The notes: generated by a model from the letters alone, not told the origin. A stretch of DNA of 64,000 bases from Nitrosopumilaceae archaeon (GCA_965214835.1 CBDCCK010000002.1:1216001-1280000), one strand, 5' to 3'; numbered from the stretch's first letter, positions 9,430-19,736 are shown. Made by a program: numbers and translations.

Positions 9430-9922
9430 AGTATTTCATGATCAGATACTCTTGCCTACAGCAGATGGCCCCAAGAGTTTGTGATTGCCAGTATAAATAA
9501 GAAATTGACGGCTCAGTCTTCCCAAGAGTAACCCAGAATGGCCAGTTTTGACCGAAACAGATCAATAAGGGGCCGTCCTAGAAGGCACTCATGCACCACC
9601 AAAAGAACCAACTGAGACGTGATGCTCTTAACAACCCGCGCATATGTCAAGCTATACTGGAGACCGTCGGCGAAGGCATGGCCCCGTGCGTCGGGGCCTC
9701 GGACAGGCACAGCGCCATCTATACTGCAGGCGACTTTAGCAGGTGTCTGACGCGCGCGTCCGTATCCAACGGGCAGGTGGCCGGCTGCACGATGTCTGCA
9801 CGCGAGGTGCCGACGGCCCCGGGACTGCTCCGCAATCCCACCGACGAGTGGATCCGCAGCGTCGCCATAAGGTTCGAGCCCGGCCAGATCCTATACTGAT
9901 GATCATTGAAAATTTCGCCTGA

Positions 9923-10207
9923 TTACACATCTTGTAAAGGTTTATAGCTCCCCACCATTCCCAGTCCTAGATAATCCTTCTGAAATTCGAGAATTTCTTC
10001 AACAGTGTTGTTATTCAAGATTTGAATTGTTTTGGATTGTACGTATTTTTCGGTAGTCTGTAAAGTAGTTTTATCCAACAATTCACGTTTCATAATATTT
10101 GATGGAACAGCTAGTTCGTGTCCCAGCTGTCCAATCTTTTCAATTAGTTTTGGGCATTTGATTTCATTGAATATTGCAATTATTGTGGTGGCATCTAATA
10201 TTTTCAA
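9923..10207 (-). pseudogene. PIN-domain (VapC-like) toxin, C-terminally truncated
   Basis: MKILDATTII N-terminal PIN strand, VPSN..RE, LGLG; ends before the remaining acidic residues. Confidence 0.6.
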
Positions 10208-10210
10208 AAG

Positions 10211-10795
10211 TTATCCTAACAAAGCTATTTGCCTATCTTTCATCTTTTTAATTACGTAATCCTGCGATTTGTTTAATAATTCTGCTGCCCGTTGAGAACT
10301 GATTTTTTGTTTCTTAATCAGCGATAAAATGTGATTTTCCATGTTTGGTTTAAGACTTTCATATTCAATGGACTCTTCAGTCATATCAGGATGTGCAGAA
10401 TAAATGTAAGCAAGCAGTTCATTACTAATCATGTCGTTGAGAAATTTTTTGTATTCGTTTAAGGCCTCTATGATCTTTTTGTTTTCATGTTTGGATATCT
10501 CCTGTGCTATTTCCTTGCCGGTTTTAGTTAAAGCAATTTCTCCATGGCTGCTAGTCAAGACGCCTATTTGTTCCAAGTATTGTTCTTCTTCATCTACGAC
10601 TTCACTATGTGAACCATAATTGTCTGCGTCATAGCTGCTTTGTTCTTTAATTTCTTCGATTTTATCGGAAAGAAGATACATCATTTTTTGGAGTTTTAGT
10701 CTGCTCCTGATGGGTTCGTTGCTAGCATTGGCCAGTAAAATAATGAATTTATGCAATTCGTCCTCATCCTCCAATATTTTCTCTTTGATTCCCAT
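10211..10795 (-). CDS. Panacea/SocA-like (DUF4065) antitoxin with C-terminal UPF0175-like HTH
   Basis: RLKLQKMMYL and ADNYGSHS motifs; KISSQRAAELL tail; AT-rich DNA. Confidence 0.65.
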   Translation of the reverse strand: MGIKEKILEDEDELHKFIILLANASNEPIRSRLKLQKMMYLLSDKIEEIKEQSSYDADNYGSHSEVVDEEEQYLEQIGVLTSSHGEIALTKTGKEIAQEISKHENKKIIEALNEYKKFLNDMISNELLAYIYSAHPDMTEESIEYESLKPNMENHILSLIKKQKISSQRAAELLNKSQDYVIKKMKDRQIALLG

Positions 10796-10991
10796 GTTTT
10801 GTTGTCTCCTGTGGCAACTAATACCAATGGGTATAATATAATAATCATCAAATTATTTGTAATAGTTTGGACTTGGAAGTGATTTACGATTTCAGGCACA
10901 GATTCTATTTGATCGACCCTGCCAGGTCGTGGCAGACAGTTACCGTGCAGAGAATCTCATTGCAGGGGGCCTACAGGTTTGCAGGCACACT

Positions 10992-11051
10992 GCCAAACGG
11001 CAGGGTTGTGCTTGAAAAGCCGGATGTGAACCCGCATCCGGCCCTGATCTA
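10992..11051 (-). repeat. ~60 bp repeat, inverted partner of 8311-8370
   Basis: Direct sequence comparison. Confidence 0.65.
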
Positions 11052-11193
11052 TATAGATCAGCTCTAAATATCACAGGGGCGTACACAGTGTATCGCGTGT
11101 TATGGGTAACGCCGGACTAATTCTAGATCAAGCGTCCAAGAAAAAACCCACTATGGCACTACGGGGTAAAACCTTGTAGAGCCATAAGCATTT

Positions 11194-12609
11194 TTAGATA
11201 AACTGAATCCTTGATTTCTCCGAGTGTATTGCCCGTATTGCCTTTGCAATGTTCTCGCCCGAGTCCTCGATGACAAAGATAATCCTAGAGGTCTCCTCCT
11301 GCGCGTCCATGTTCAGGATATTCAGGCCCGCCTCGCCTAGCTTCGAGCTTGCCCTTGATGCGATCTGCTGCACCCTCCACATCTGATCCCCTATCAGCGT
11401 TATAACCCCCCTGTTGTAGGTTATCGACGCAAGCGAGTCAAAACCCAGCAGGTACTTCTCGTTTCTTCTGACATAGTCGCCGTCCAGGAACAGGATCCGC
11501 GTAAACTCGATTCCGTCCCTTGTAAACGGCGACAGAATCACGTACTCGTTGTACCTCCTTTCGTGCTCCAGCGAGGACAGCAGGCTCTGCGCAGAGTCCC
11601 TCTCCATCCTGATTATCGCGCAGTTTCTCTTTCCGGTTACAATCTTGAGGGGATGGCTGTCGTCGTTTTCGGGATTCCGCTCTATGGTGGTGGTCTTTTC
11701 CGGATCTCCCATGTTTGTAACGGTGATCGGCACCTCCACCCCGTTTTCCAGAATCTCCTTGATCGCTATTGGATCAAGGACCTTCATGCCAAACATTCCT
11801 GCCAGGCGCGCCTCGTTGTAGGATAGCGTGTCGACATCGGTCAGGCTCTCAGAGACAATCTTCGGATCTGCAGATACCACGGAGCTGTCCTTCTCAAAGT
11901 CGATTCTCGTGTCGTATTTTTTATGGAACAAAATCCCCATGTCCGCTGCCGTCCTGTCAGAGCCCCCCCTCTCATATGTCGTGACTGCCCCGTCTGCGGT
12001 CTTTCCTATGAATCCGCCCATGCAGACGACTTGGTTTTCGGCTACCAGCCTTTCGGTGTGCCCCATGCTTTCCTGCGACTTTGATGCAAGAAAGTTGGTG
12101 GATTCTATGTTGCCATCCGTGATTATCGGCCAGTTCTCAAAGTCCACTGCCGCAGACGAGATCCCACCCGACCTTAGGATGAGGTTCATCACGTTTGACA
12201 TCAGTATCTCGCCGGAGAACCCCAGCGCCTCCGAGCGCGTCTCGTCTGCAAACTCTGACCTGTCTCTTGCAGTGGCCAGCGCACGTCTTGCCAGGCCGAG
12301 GAATTCTTTGACCACATCCCTGCAGTCCTGCCTGAACTCGTCACTTGCCATGTCCAGGACTCTTTCATACGTCTGCTCCACCCCCTCCAGGGACGGCTCC
12401 CGGCCCTGTTCTGCACGCCTTCCAATCTCCAAGACAACATCGGTCAGTGATCTTTTCCTGCCGTCAACTATCGTAAGCGGCGCAGAGAAGACCGCAATTA
12501 CCTTGGAGTCCTTTTTTAGCTCGTTGATCCTCCCGATTATCCCCGGAACAAGCTCCCCGAACGGCCCTATCGCACTTCCCCCGAATTTTGCAACCACCAG
12601 TTTTTCCAT
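11194..12609 (-). CDS. lysC: aspartate kinase
   Basis: VAKFGGS, ERGGSDRTA, SADPKIV, LSYNEA; C-terminal ACT domains. Confidence 0.9.
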   Translation of the reverse strand: MEKLVVAKFGGSAIGPFGELVPGIIGRINELKKDSKVIAVFSAPLTIVDGRKRSLTDVVLEIGRRAEQGREPSLEGVEQTYERVLDMASDEFRQDCRDVVKEFLGLARRALATARDRSEFADETRSEALGFSGEILMSNVMNLILRSGGISSAAVDFENWPIITDGNIESTNFLASKSQESMGHTERLVAENQVVCMGGFIGKTADGAVTTYERGGSDRTAADMGILFHKKYDTRIDFEKDSSVVSADPKIVSESLTDVDTLSYNEARLAGMFGMKVLDPIAIKEILENGVEVPITVTNMGDPEKTTTIERNPENDDSHPLKIVTGKRNCAIIRMERDSAQSLLSSLEHERRYNEYVILSPFTRDGIEFTRILFLDGDYVRRNEKYLLGFDSLASITYNRGVITLIGDQMWRVQQIASRASSKLGEAGLNILNMDAQEETSRIIFVIEDSGENIAKAIRAIHSEKSRIQFI

Positions 12610-12648
12610 TTTCTAGCTTTTTCCCGTCACATCTTTTAACCGTTCTTT

Positions 12649-13668
12649 TTAGCGCTGCTCTGCCGTTTTTTTGATTATGCCCCATGCCCTCTTGGCGCCG
12701 TCCGGCACTGCCTTCCCTCTTGGCGCCCCGATTTTTTCCTCGATGATTGAGTCCAGCCTGAATATGTCATCAAATGCAAACCCCTGCTCCCTTGCATTGT
12801 CCTCCTGCTCGAAGTGATTCCTTATCGGGATGAAGATGCCAGGAGTCCCGTATGCGCCCGCCTCGTCTATGGTGGACTTGCCTGCCAGTGATATCACCAG
12901 GTCAGAGGCATAGATTATCTCGTGAAGGTTTTCTACAAACCCCAGATTCCTTGCGCCGTCGAACCTCTCTTTCAGTGACGGGCCCGGGACCACTACCACA
13001 TCATAGTCTTTTTTCATCCTCCGGATTGCATCCAGGGACCTCTCAATCAGGAACAGGCCCGCCCCGGTTCCCCCCGTGGCAATTACGATTGTTTTCCTGC
13101 CAAAGCCCAGCCTTTCTCTGAGCTGATCCCTTGAGAGCCCTGTCTGGCGGACAATGGGCCCCGTTCTGTGTATGTTGCCCTCGTCTGCGCCCTCCTCTGG
13201 CACAATGACTGCATCGCACTTTGAGATGATCCCCCTCATCGACCTGTTCATTTTCCGCTCAATCAGTGATCCAAGGCCCCTGGTGAATCTGGTCTCAAGG
13301 ATGTCGGTGATCAAGACCGACGGGATATTTTGCTCCTGTGCAATTGTCAGTGACGCAAAGTCCTCGTCGCCGATCACAACATCCGGGGTTTGGCCTGCAA
13401 TGATCCCTGATGATATTTTTTTGCAGTCTCTGTAGTACCGGTAGTACTGCCACAGCCACCTCATGGGTTTTTCCAGCGAGCCGTTCTCCACTGTGAACTG
13501 CGGGGGAGTGTACCGGTCGGCCACCTCGAAACCTGATTTTTTTAGAAGCTCTGCTGCGGCATCGCCGGTGACAAATTTTACTGCATTTTTGAAAAATTCT
13601 GCGACAGCTGTGTCCCTTGTAGCGTGCCCCAGTCCTATCGGGCTTGAAAAAAACAGGAACCTCATCAT
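12649..13668 (-). CDS. GT28/MurG-like glycosyltransferase
   Basis: IGLGHATR, GGTGAG, ISLAGKSTIDE, HFEQEDNA. Confidence 0.8.
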   Translation of the reverse strand: MMRFLFFSSPIGLGHATRDTAVAEFFKNAVKFVTGDAAAELLKKSGFEVADRYTPPQFTVENGSLEKPMRWLWQYYRYYRDCKKISSGIIAGQTPDVVIGDEDFASLTIAQEQNIPSVLITDILETRFTRGLGSLIERKMNRSMRGIISKCDAVIVPEEGADEGNIHRTGPIVRQTGLSRDQLRERLGFGRKTIVIATGGTGAGLFLIERSLDAIRRMKKDYDVVVVPGPSLKERFDGARNLGFVENLHEIIYASDLVISLAGKSTIDEAGAYGTPGIFIPIRNHFEQEDNAREQGFAFDDIFRLDSIIEEKIGAPRGKAVPDGAKRAWGIIKKTAEQR

Positions 13669-13751
13669 GTCCTTGCAGCATTTGTCTAATTTGTAGATTG
13701 TTTCGAAATCCGTTCTCAAAGTTTAAATGGATTTTAGCAAGCTAGTCTGCT

Positions 13752-13826
13752 GGGCCCGTAGTCCAGGTCGGTTATGACGTCGCCCTTACACGGCGAAGAT
13801 CCGGGGTTCAAATCCCCGCGGGCCCA
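13752..13826 (+). tRNA. tRNA-Val(TAC)
   Basis: Cloverleaf: acceptor gggcccg/cgggccc, anticodon arm tcgcc-cttacac-ggcga, T arm cgggg-ttcaaat-ccccg. Confidence 0.97.
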
Positions 13827-14092
13827 TGTGCTTTCTTGGGATCGGTAGGACACAGCCGTGCCTATGGCATGGAAATTATCAGGAAAGACAAAGACGCGTC
13901 AGGATGATCATCCTGCCGTTTTTAATTGCCCAGAATGAACCATTCCGTGGCCGTCATCTCTGGAATTGCAGGTGGCAGGAGAGGGCTCAATCCCCAACGC
14001 GGTCAAGGGCGCGATCCCTTTGAGATTTGAACTCAATGCTGAAAACCACCGTGCTAGGTTTATTATAGAAAAACACGGTATAATTTTTGAAT

Positions 14093-14563
14093 ATGTATAA
14101 CACGATACTGGTTCCGCATGCCGGAACTCCCGCAGGCGATGATGCCCTCAAACATGCAATTCATGCCGCAAGGAACACCCCTGCAAGGATAATAATCCTG
14201 CACATTGTTGAGGAAATGCAGCGCCCAATGGCATTCGCACTGGCAGAGTCCGAGCAAGACAAGCTGCGAGAAAGCATAGACGAGGCAAATGAATCCATAC
14301 GAGCAGAGGCAGAAAAAGAGATGGCAAAGCGTGTCCAGCAATGCAAGGATCAAGGAGTGGGTGCAGAAGTCAGAGCAGCCATTGGAGATGCAGCCGAGAT
14401 AATCCTGGACTATGTCAATAAAGAAGATGTAGATCTTGTGGTGATAGCAAAGCGAAGAAAGCTCAAGGGCGTCAAGAAGCTACTTTCCATGGGAAGCGTT
14501 TCACGCAAAATAGTTGAAAATGTCTCATGTCCCGTACTCATGCTGGATACAGAAAACATATAA
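14093..14563 (+). CDS. universal stress protein (UspA family)
   Basis: MYNTILVP..DLVVI..GSVSRKIVENVSCPVL. Confidence 0.9.
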   Translation: MYNTILVPHAGTPAGDDALKHAIHAARNTPARIIILHIVEEMQRPMAFALAESEQDKLRESIDEANESIRAEAEKEMAKRVQQCKDQGVGAEVRAAIGDAAEIILDYVNKEDVDLVVIAKRRKLKGVKKLLSMGSVSRKIVENVSCPVLMLDTENI

Positions 14564-14587
14564 TCGCCGCTCAAGGCACCATGGATT

Positions 14588-15982
14588 TCATTCTACAAAA
14601 TGAGTCCTGACAAGATCGTCATAGTATCTTATTGACTTCATGTTTACAAATTCCAGCATTCCGTATCTGGACAGCTCCCTTCCAAACCCGCTCTTTTTTA
14701 TTCCTCCGAAGGGAATCCTGGGATCTGATACCAGTACGTTGTTTACAGAAACCATCCCGGCCTCCAGCCTGCGGGTAAACCCCTCTGCCTTGACCAAGTC
14801 CTGCGTCCACACGCTTGCACCCAGTCCAAACTCAGTGTCATTTGCAAGCCTGATGGAGTCAAACTCGTCGCCTACTATGGTAATTGACGCAACAGGCCCA
14901 AACGTCTCCTCAGAATAAACCCTCATGTCTTTTGTTATGCCTTTGATTATCGTGGGCTTGAAAAAATACCCGCTGCCTCCCACCTGATCCCCGCCGGTTA
15001 GGATCTCGGCCCCCTTGCCCCTTGCATCGTCAACCTGGCCTGAAATCGTCTCCATCGCTGATCTGTTTACCAGGGGGCCTATGTCGGTCTCGTCTGACAT
15101 TGGATCGCCTACAGTCAGCCTCTCGGTGTTTCTTACAAAATTTTCGATAAAGTCACCTGCTATGTCCTTTGAGACGAAAAAACGTTTTGATGCAACACAG
15201 CTCTGCCCGCAGTTGATAAAGCGGCCCTTTACCGCACCCTCTGCAGCCTTTACTGGATCTGCATCTGAGCATACTATGAAGGGATCGCTTCCTCCTAGCT
15301 CCAGGACACATTTTTTGAGGCCGGCCGCTGCCCTTTGCCCGACCTTGATTCCGACGCTTGTACTTCCGGTGAATGTAATTGCAGACACGTCTGATTCTAA
15401 AAGGTGCTCGGCCACCGAGGAGTCGCCGACTGCCGTCTGAAACACCCCCTCCGGAAGGCCCGACCCCACAAGAAACGACTCTAGCTCTATGCCGCACTGC
15501 ATCGTTGCGCTAGCCGGCTTGAGAACAATGGTATTTCCTGCCATGAGTGAGGGGGCTGCAAAACGCAGCGCCTGCCAAAAGGGAAAGTTCCAAGGCATGA
15601 TGCTGCCAATGACCCCTAGCGGCTCAAATGCAATCACGCTCTTCCTGGCATCTGTATTTAGCGCCTCATCGTGAAGAAACGACTTTCCATTGTCCGCGTA
15701 ATATTCGATTGCCCAGGCGCATTTCTCAACCTCCCCGATGGACTCCTTTAGCGGCTTTCCCATCTCGGTGGTGGCAATCCTTGCAAGCGATTCCTTTCTT
15801 TTTCGCAGTTCCTGTGATACTAGATGCAAGGCCTCAGTTCTTTTGTCAAAGTCCCTCTTCCACTCATTGAAGGCCTGCTTTGACCTGATGATCAGCCCTT
15901 CAACCTGTGACCTTCCCATGACATCATAGTCTGAAATGGTCTTTCCAGTAGCTGGGTTTACCGTGGTTACCTTTGAGGCCAT
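14588..15982 (-). CDS. NAD(P)-dependent succinate-semialdehyde dehydrogenase-like aldehyde dehydrogenase
   Basis: IMPWNFP, FTGS, LELGGSDP, NCGQSC, EETFGP, PFGGIKKSGFGRE. Confidence 0.9.
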   Translation of the reverse strand: MASKVTTVNPATGKTISDYDVMGRSQVEGLIIRSKQAFNEWKRDFDKRTEALHLVSQELRKRKESLARIATTEMGKPLKESIGEVEKCAWAIEYYADNGKSFLHDEALNTDARKSVIAFEPLGVIGSIMPWNFPFWQALRFAAPSLMAGNTIVLKPASATMQCGIELESFLVGSGLPEGVFQTAVGDSSVAEHLLESDVSAITFTGSTSVGIKVGQRAAAGLKKCVLELGGSDPFIVCSDADPVKAAEGAVKGRFINCGQSCVASKRFFVSKDIAGDFIENFVRNTERLTVGDPMSDETDIGPLVNRSAMETISGQVDDARGKGAEILTGGDQVGGSGYFFKPTIIKGITKDMRVYSEETFGPVASITIVGDEFDSIRLANDTEFGLGASVWTQDLVKAEGFTRRLEAGMVSVNNVLVSDPRIPFGGIKKSGFGRELSRYGMLEFVNMKSIRYYDDLVRTHFVE

Positions 15983-16229
15983 GTAGACATGAAACCCATC
16001 GAGTTTCTTTATGAATCTAGTCACTGCGTCAGTCTTCAGATGTAACCCGACCCATGGCGGCACAAACGGCTGCATGAGGATCTGCAGGCCCGCTTGGCTT
16101 GGACCGTCTTAAGTTTGGAACCGTTTTGCGGGACGCTTTTGGGAAGGCTGGTTTTTTCTCAGCCAGGTAAAACATGCCCGGATCGGATGTCTGGGGGGAG
16201 GGGTACTCGAATCAGAGATAAATCATCAG

Positions 16230-16790
16230 GTAATAGGGTAGCCCCTGCCTAGTTAATTTTTCGTGACCGTCTGATCTATAAACTATCAATACCAAGAAAA
16301 TACATGCCTACAGCCTCGGAATTCAATGCATTAAGCAAAGAGATGGCCTGCGCCAGGGCGGAGCTTCAGAAGACGCAGGAGGAGCTTGATATGGAGAGGA
16401 TGGCATCTGCCATAAGGCAGGCCGATGATGCCGCACTAATCTAGATGCAGGCGTCACAAATCAAGCAGCTCAAACACCGCATCGAATTTTATGAGAACCC
16501 GCACACCCCGTCATCGCAGAACTCGATTCCGACCAGGCAGAAAAAGGCGACTGCGGCAAGGGAATCGGGCAGGGCACCGGCAAGGCCGGGCCAAAAACCC
16601 GGACACAGAGGCGTATCACACAAGAGGCGCCCGACCCGGTACAAAACGCACGTACCTGACATGTGCGGCGCGTACAACGGGCGCGACCTGACAGATCCGG
16701 TTCCCGCCGGAACCAGGATGGCTACTGACATCACCCAGCCCCATCTGATCTGCCCGGCATCCCTCCCCAGATCTTGATCCGATCAGCACA
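16230..16790 (+). pseudogene. IS66-family transposase relic (5' part)
   Basis: Starts gtaa; coiled-coil leader with an in-frame stop, then ENPHTPSS..PGQKPGHRG..C typical of IS66 TnpC N-termini. Confidence 0.7.
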
Positions 16791-16795
16791 TATTT

Positions 16796-16904
16796 GGTAA
16801 CAGCTAGGGCTTCGTGACTTGCGATTTTAGGCACGAATTACATCTGCGAAGGCACCTTTGGCGGTAACATCCACGCCTGAACTTCCAGAGCCCGAGCTGC
16901 TGCC
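16796..16904 (+). mobile_element. MITE family G
   Basis: TIR ggtaacagct.gggc...gcccgagctgctgcc; matches 313-423 and 40459-40573. Confidence 0.7.
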
Positions 16905-16994
16905 CTAGATGAGACAGCCACTACTGCCACCAAATGGTATTTTTGACTATAATCATGTTAAATGTTAATATGTAAACACCAAATCACACCAACC

Positions 16995-17411
16995 ATGGAT
17001 ATGAATAAAATTCTTGTACCTGTAGATGGCTCCAAAAAATCCTTCGAGGCCCTAGATCGTGCACTAACCCTAGCGGGATTCACCCATGGCCAGGTTATTG
17101 CAATACACGTAATCCCACACATTCCGGCAGGCGGTTCTAGAACCAAGGACTTTAACAAACACGTTCATCAGGATGCCGAAATTATTCTAAAAAAGGCAGA
17201 AAAAAGGGCAGGAAACAAGGATGTAAAATTCAAGACCAAAATTCTAAGGGGATCCCCCGGGTACGAAACGGTCGCCTTGGCCAAGAAAGGACATTTTGAT
17301 CACATTGTAATGAGTACGACTGGCAGTGGCTCTGCCATGGGGGACATGCTGGGAAGCGTTTCTAACTTCGTACTGCACAAATCAAAAATCCCGGTATATC
17401 TTATCAAATAA
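16995..17411 (+). CDS. universal stress protein (UspA family)
   Basis: KILVPVDGS..GSP..DHIVM..LGSVSNFVLHKSKIPV. Confidence 0.9.
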   Translation: MDMNKILVPVDGSKKSFEALDRALTLAGFTHGQVIAIHVIPHIPAGGSRTKDFNKHVHQDAEIILKKAEKRAGNKDVKFKTKILRGSPGYETVALAKKGHFDHIVMSTTGSGSAMGDMLGSVSNFVLHKSKIPVYLIK

Positions 17412-17428
17412 TTGAGGGATGGAAAAAG

Positions 17429-18283
17429 ATGACAGAAATTTCCTCTTTAATGAATGAGCCAGTCACAATAGAAGGCGTGGAATCGCTTTCAAGCGCCATA
17501 GCCAAACTGTTGAGCAAACAAATCAGCCGCTTGCTTGTAACTGAAAGTGGCTCTCACGTCGGCATCATTACTGAAAAGGACATTGGAAACTTCCTGCTGG
17601 GTGACGATTCTGAGAAAAATCTAGATGACATCCCAGTTTCAAAAATAATGAAAAAAATTGTCTTGGTTCCAGCCTCCTCCACTGTTCCAGAGTGTGCCAA
17701 AGTCATGCTAGAAAAAAATATTGGATCCCTGGGAGTATCTGCAGACAACAAGCTGGTAGCTGGAATAATAACAAAGACCGATCTTGCGCGTTATTATGCA
17801 GAAAATTATTCTGGCAAGCACAGGGTCGGAGACGTGATGACAATATCTTACATTCGACAAAGTTCCGATGATTCCCTAAAGGATGTCGTATCTGCCATGG
17901 TTGCAAACAGGATATCTAGGATTTTCATACAAGACAACAATAACATTGAGGGAATTATCACATTTCGTGACCTGTTCAGAATCGCATTAGAGCAGGGCAA
18001 TACCGACTCTGTATTGGATAACTCTGATCCTGTAATATCTGTAGTTTTTACACGAAAAGGATTTCTTTCAGAATCTGGTTTTGGCAATACCATACACGCA
18101 AGTGACATCATGACCAAAAACATAGAATCCGTCGACTTTGAGGAGGATCTTGTAATTGCCTGCAAAGCCATGATTCAGGAAAAAATTAACGGCGTAGGTG
18201 TTAGAATAGAAAACAAACTGGGTGGAATAGTGAGCAAAACCGACGTACTAAAGGCAATCTTCATAGATGGCAATTCCCAATAG
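17429..18283 (+). CDS. CBS-domain protein (two CBS pairs)
   Basis: Repeated GIITEKD / GIITKTD / GIITFRD / GIVSKTD motifs. Confidence 0.9.
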   Translation: MTEISSLMNEPVTIEGVESLSSAIAKLLSKQISRLLVTESGSHVGIITEKDIGNFLLGDDSEKNLDDIPVSKIMKKIVLVPASSTVPECAKVMLEKNIGSLGVSADNKLVAGIITKTDLARYYAENYSGKHRVGDVMTISYIRQSSDDSLKDVVSAMVANRISRIFIQDNNNIEGIITFRDLFRIALEQGNTDSVLDNSDPVISVVFTRKGFLSESGFGNTIHASDIMTKNIESVDFEEDLVIACKAMIQEKINGVGVRIENKLGGIVSKTDVLKAIFIDGNSQ

Positions 18284-18615
18284 CTGAGATCTACACCTGA
18301 TCACCTGTCAAATGCAAATTTCCTTCAGGTATGGAAAAGCTTGAAAAGCCCTAGTCTCGCCTGGCGGCCTGCGGATTCTATGGGGGATGGTCTGGGCAAG
18401 GATATCCCTGTTGCAAGAGCCGGCAGTGCAGAAATGACGGGATGCTGTGTTTTTTTGTATTCCAAAATCGGCTGGCATCAAACACGTGCAAAAAATGAAG
18501 GATCCAAACCCGTCCCCAAGTGCTGGGCCTACAAGGACTTTCCACGACCAAATGCATGGGAAGCTGAACCTATGGAATACTTTACGGTGAGCTGACGTGT
18601 GCTCCCGTCTGGGTG

Positions 18616-18815
18616 CTACTGCAAGAATCGCCGAACCCTCTTGAGAACATCGGACACAGATGCTCTTCTGGAACCTATCGCTATTGTGGCAAGACATCCT
18701 GCCAATAGCAGTGTATCCAACTCCGTCCTGCCCCCTCCAGCAAAGCTCTGCGCCTCCTTTGCCAAAAATATTGCACCCAGCACTACAATTGAAAGTAATG
18801 ACGCTGATATCCTTG
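18616..18815 (-). pseudogene. DoxX-family membrane protein, C-terminal remnant
   Basis: Hand translation SASLLSIVVLGAIFLAK..ELDTLLLAGCL..IG.RRAS..FLQ*; 5' end replaced by MITE C. Confidence 0.55.
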
Positions 18816-18818
18816 CTA

Positions 18819-18896
18819 GACCTCATGCGTAATCGGTCCAAATCTAGGATTATTGCGAACAAATTCATCTCATTCAGGTCGATTACGCATAAGGTC
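18819..18896. mobile_element. MITE family C (78 bp)
   Basis: TIR gacct.atgcgtaatcg...cgattacgcataaggtc flanked by TA; same termini as the IS at 52745-54460. Confidence 0.85.
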
Positions 18897-18898
18897 TA

Positions 18899-19220
18899 TC
18901 ACAGACGGGCTTCCGGCCTATGCCAAGTCCTCAAGGAAGGCATTCGAAAATGGCACAAATCGCGTGAAGCATATTCACCCGGCAGGCAAGCGTGACTGTG
19001 AAAGATAGAAAGGCTCAATGGCGAGATTCGAGACCGTGAGAAGGTGTTTCGTGGCCTCAAGACAGACACTGCAATCCTTGACGGAATGAGGGTCTACTAT
19101 AATTTCACAAAAAAAGCACGGTGCGTTGAACGGGCAGACCCCGGCAGAGTCAGCACTGATAAGCGTGGATGGTACAAGCAAGTGGAAGACGATAATCCAG
19201 AATGGCAGTCTCAACAGGGC
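18899..19220 (+). pseudogene. IS6-like / integrase-core transposase 3' remnant
   Basis: ITDGLPAY..IERLNGEIRDREKVFRGLK..YYNF..H..L.GQTPAE across frameshifts. Confidence 0.7.
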
Positions 19221-19313
19221 TACGGAGTGATTTTTTGAGGGGATTCCATATCCCCAATTTTACACAGAATCTCCGTCCATATTCTTTATATGTGATCTTG
19301 AACAACTAATAAC

Positions 19314-19736
19314 ATGGGCAAGGTATTCGCTCCGGCACTTTTACTGCCTCTTCTAGTAGCGGTTCTGGCATTTGGCTCTGTGTATCCTGCATTGGCAGAT
19401 TCAGGGGACAAATCCTACAAACAAAGCTGGGCCGTGCCAATAGGCCAGGCAGAAGGAACACTGGAGATTTCACAAGACACTAACATCGACGATGTCCGAG
19501 ACCTTGCAATTTCAGAAGAGCAGGCACGACAAGGTTATGATGCTGACAGGGCCAGACTCGCAAAGGCTGTAAATGACTCTGGCCAGTACTTCCTTGTATG
19601 GAAACTAGTTGACTATACCGAGTCCAATACAAAGATAAAGTATATTCTTGATGCAGGCACTGGAGAGCAACTGATTGAACCAATTGTCAAGGAAGTCGGT
19701 TCGTGCGGAGGCCACAAAACGACTAAAAGCGCATGA
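19314..19736 (+). CDS. secreted protein, PepSY-like
   Basis: Signal peptide; YFLVW..ILDAGTGE motif. Confidence 0.6.
   Translation: MGKVFAPALLLPLLVAVLAFGSVYPALADSGDKSYKQSWAVPIGQAEGTLEISQDTNIDDVRDLAISEEQARQGYDADRARLAKAVNDSGQYFLVWKLVDYTESNTKIKYILDAGTGEQLIEPIVKEVGSCGGHKTTKSA

Noticed and set aside
9430-9900. Possible restriction endonuclease or IS1595 remnant next to the methyltransferase
   Set aside because: Only faint motif resemblance; cannot be supported without a search
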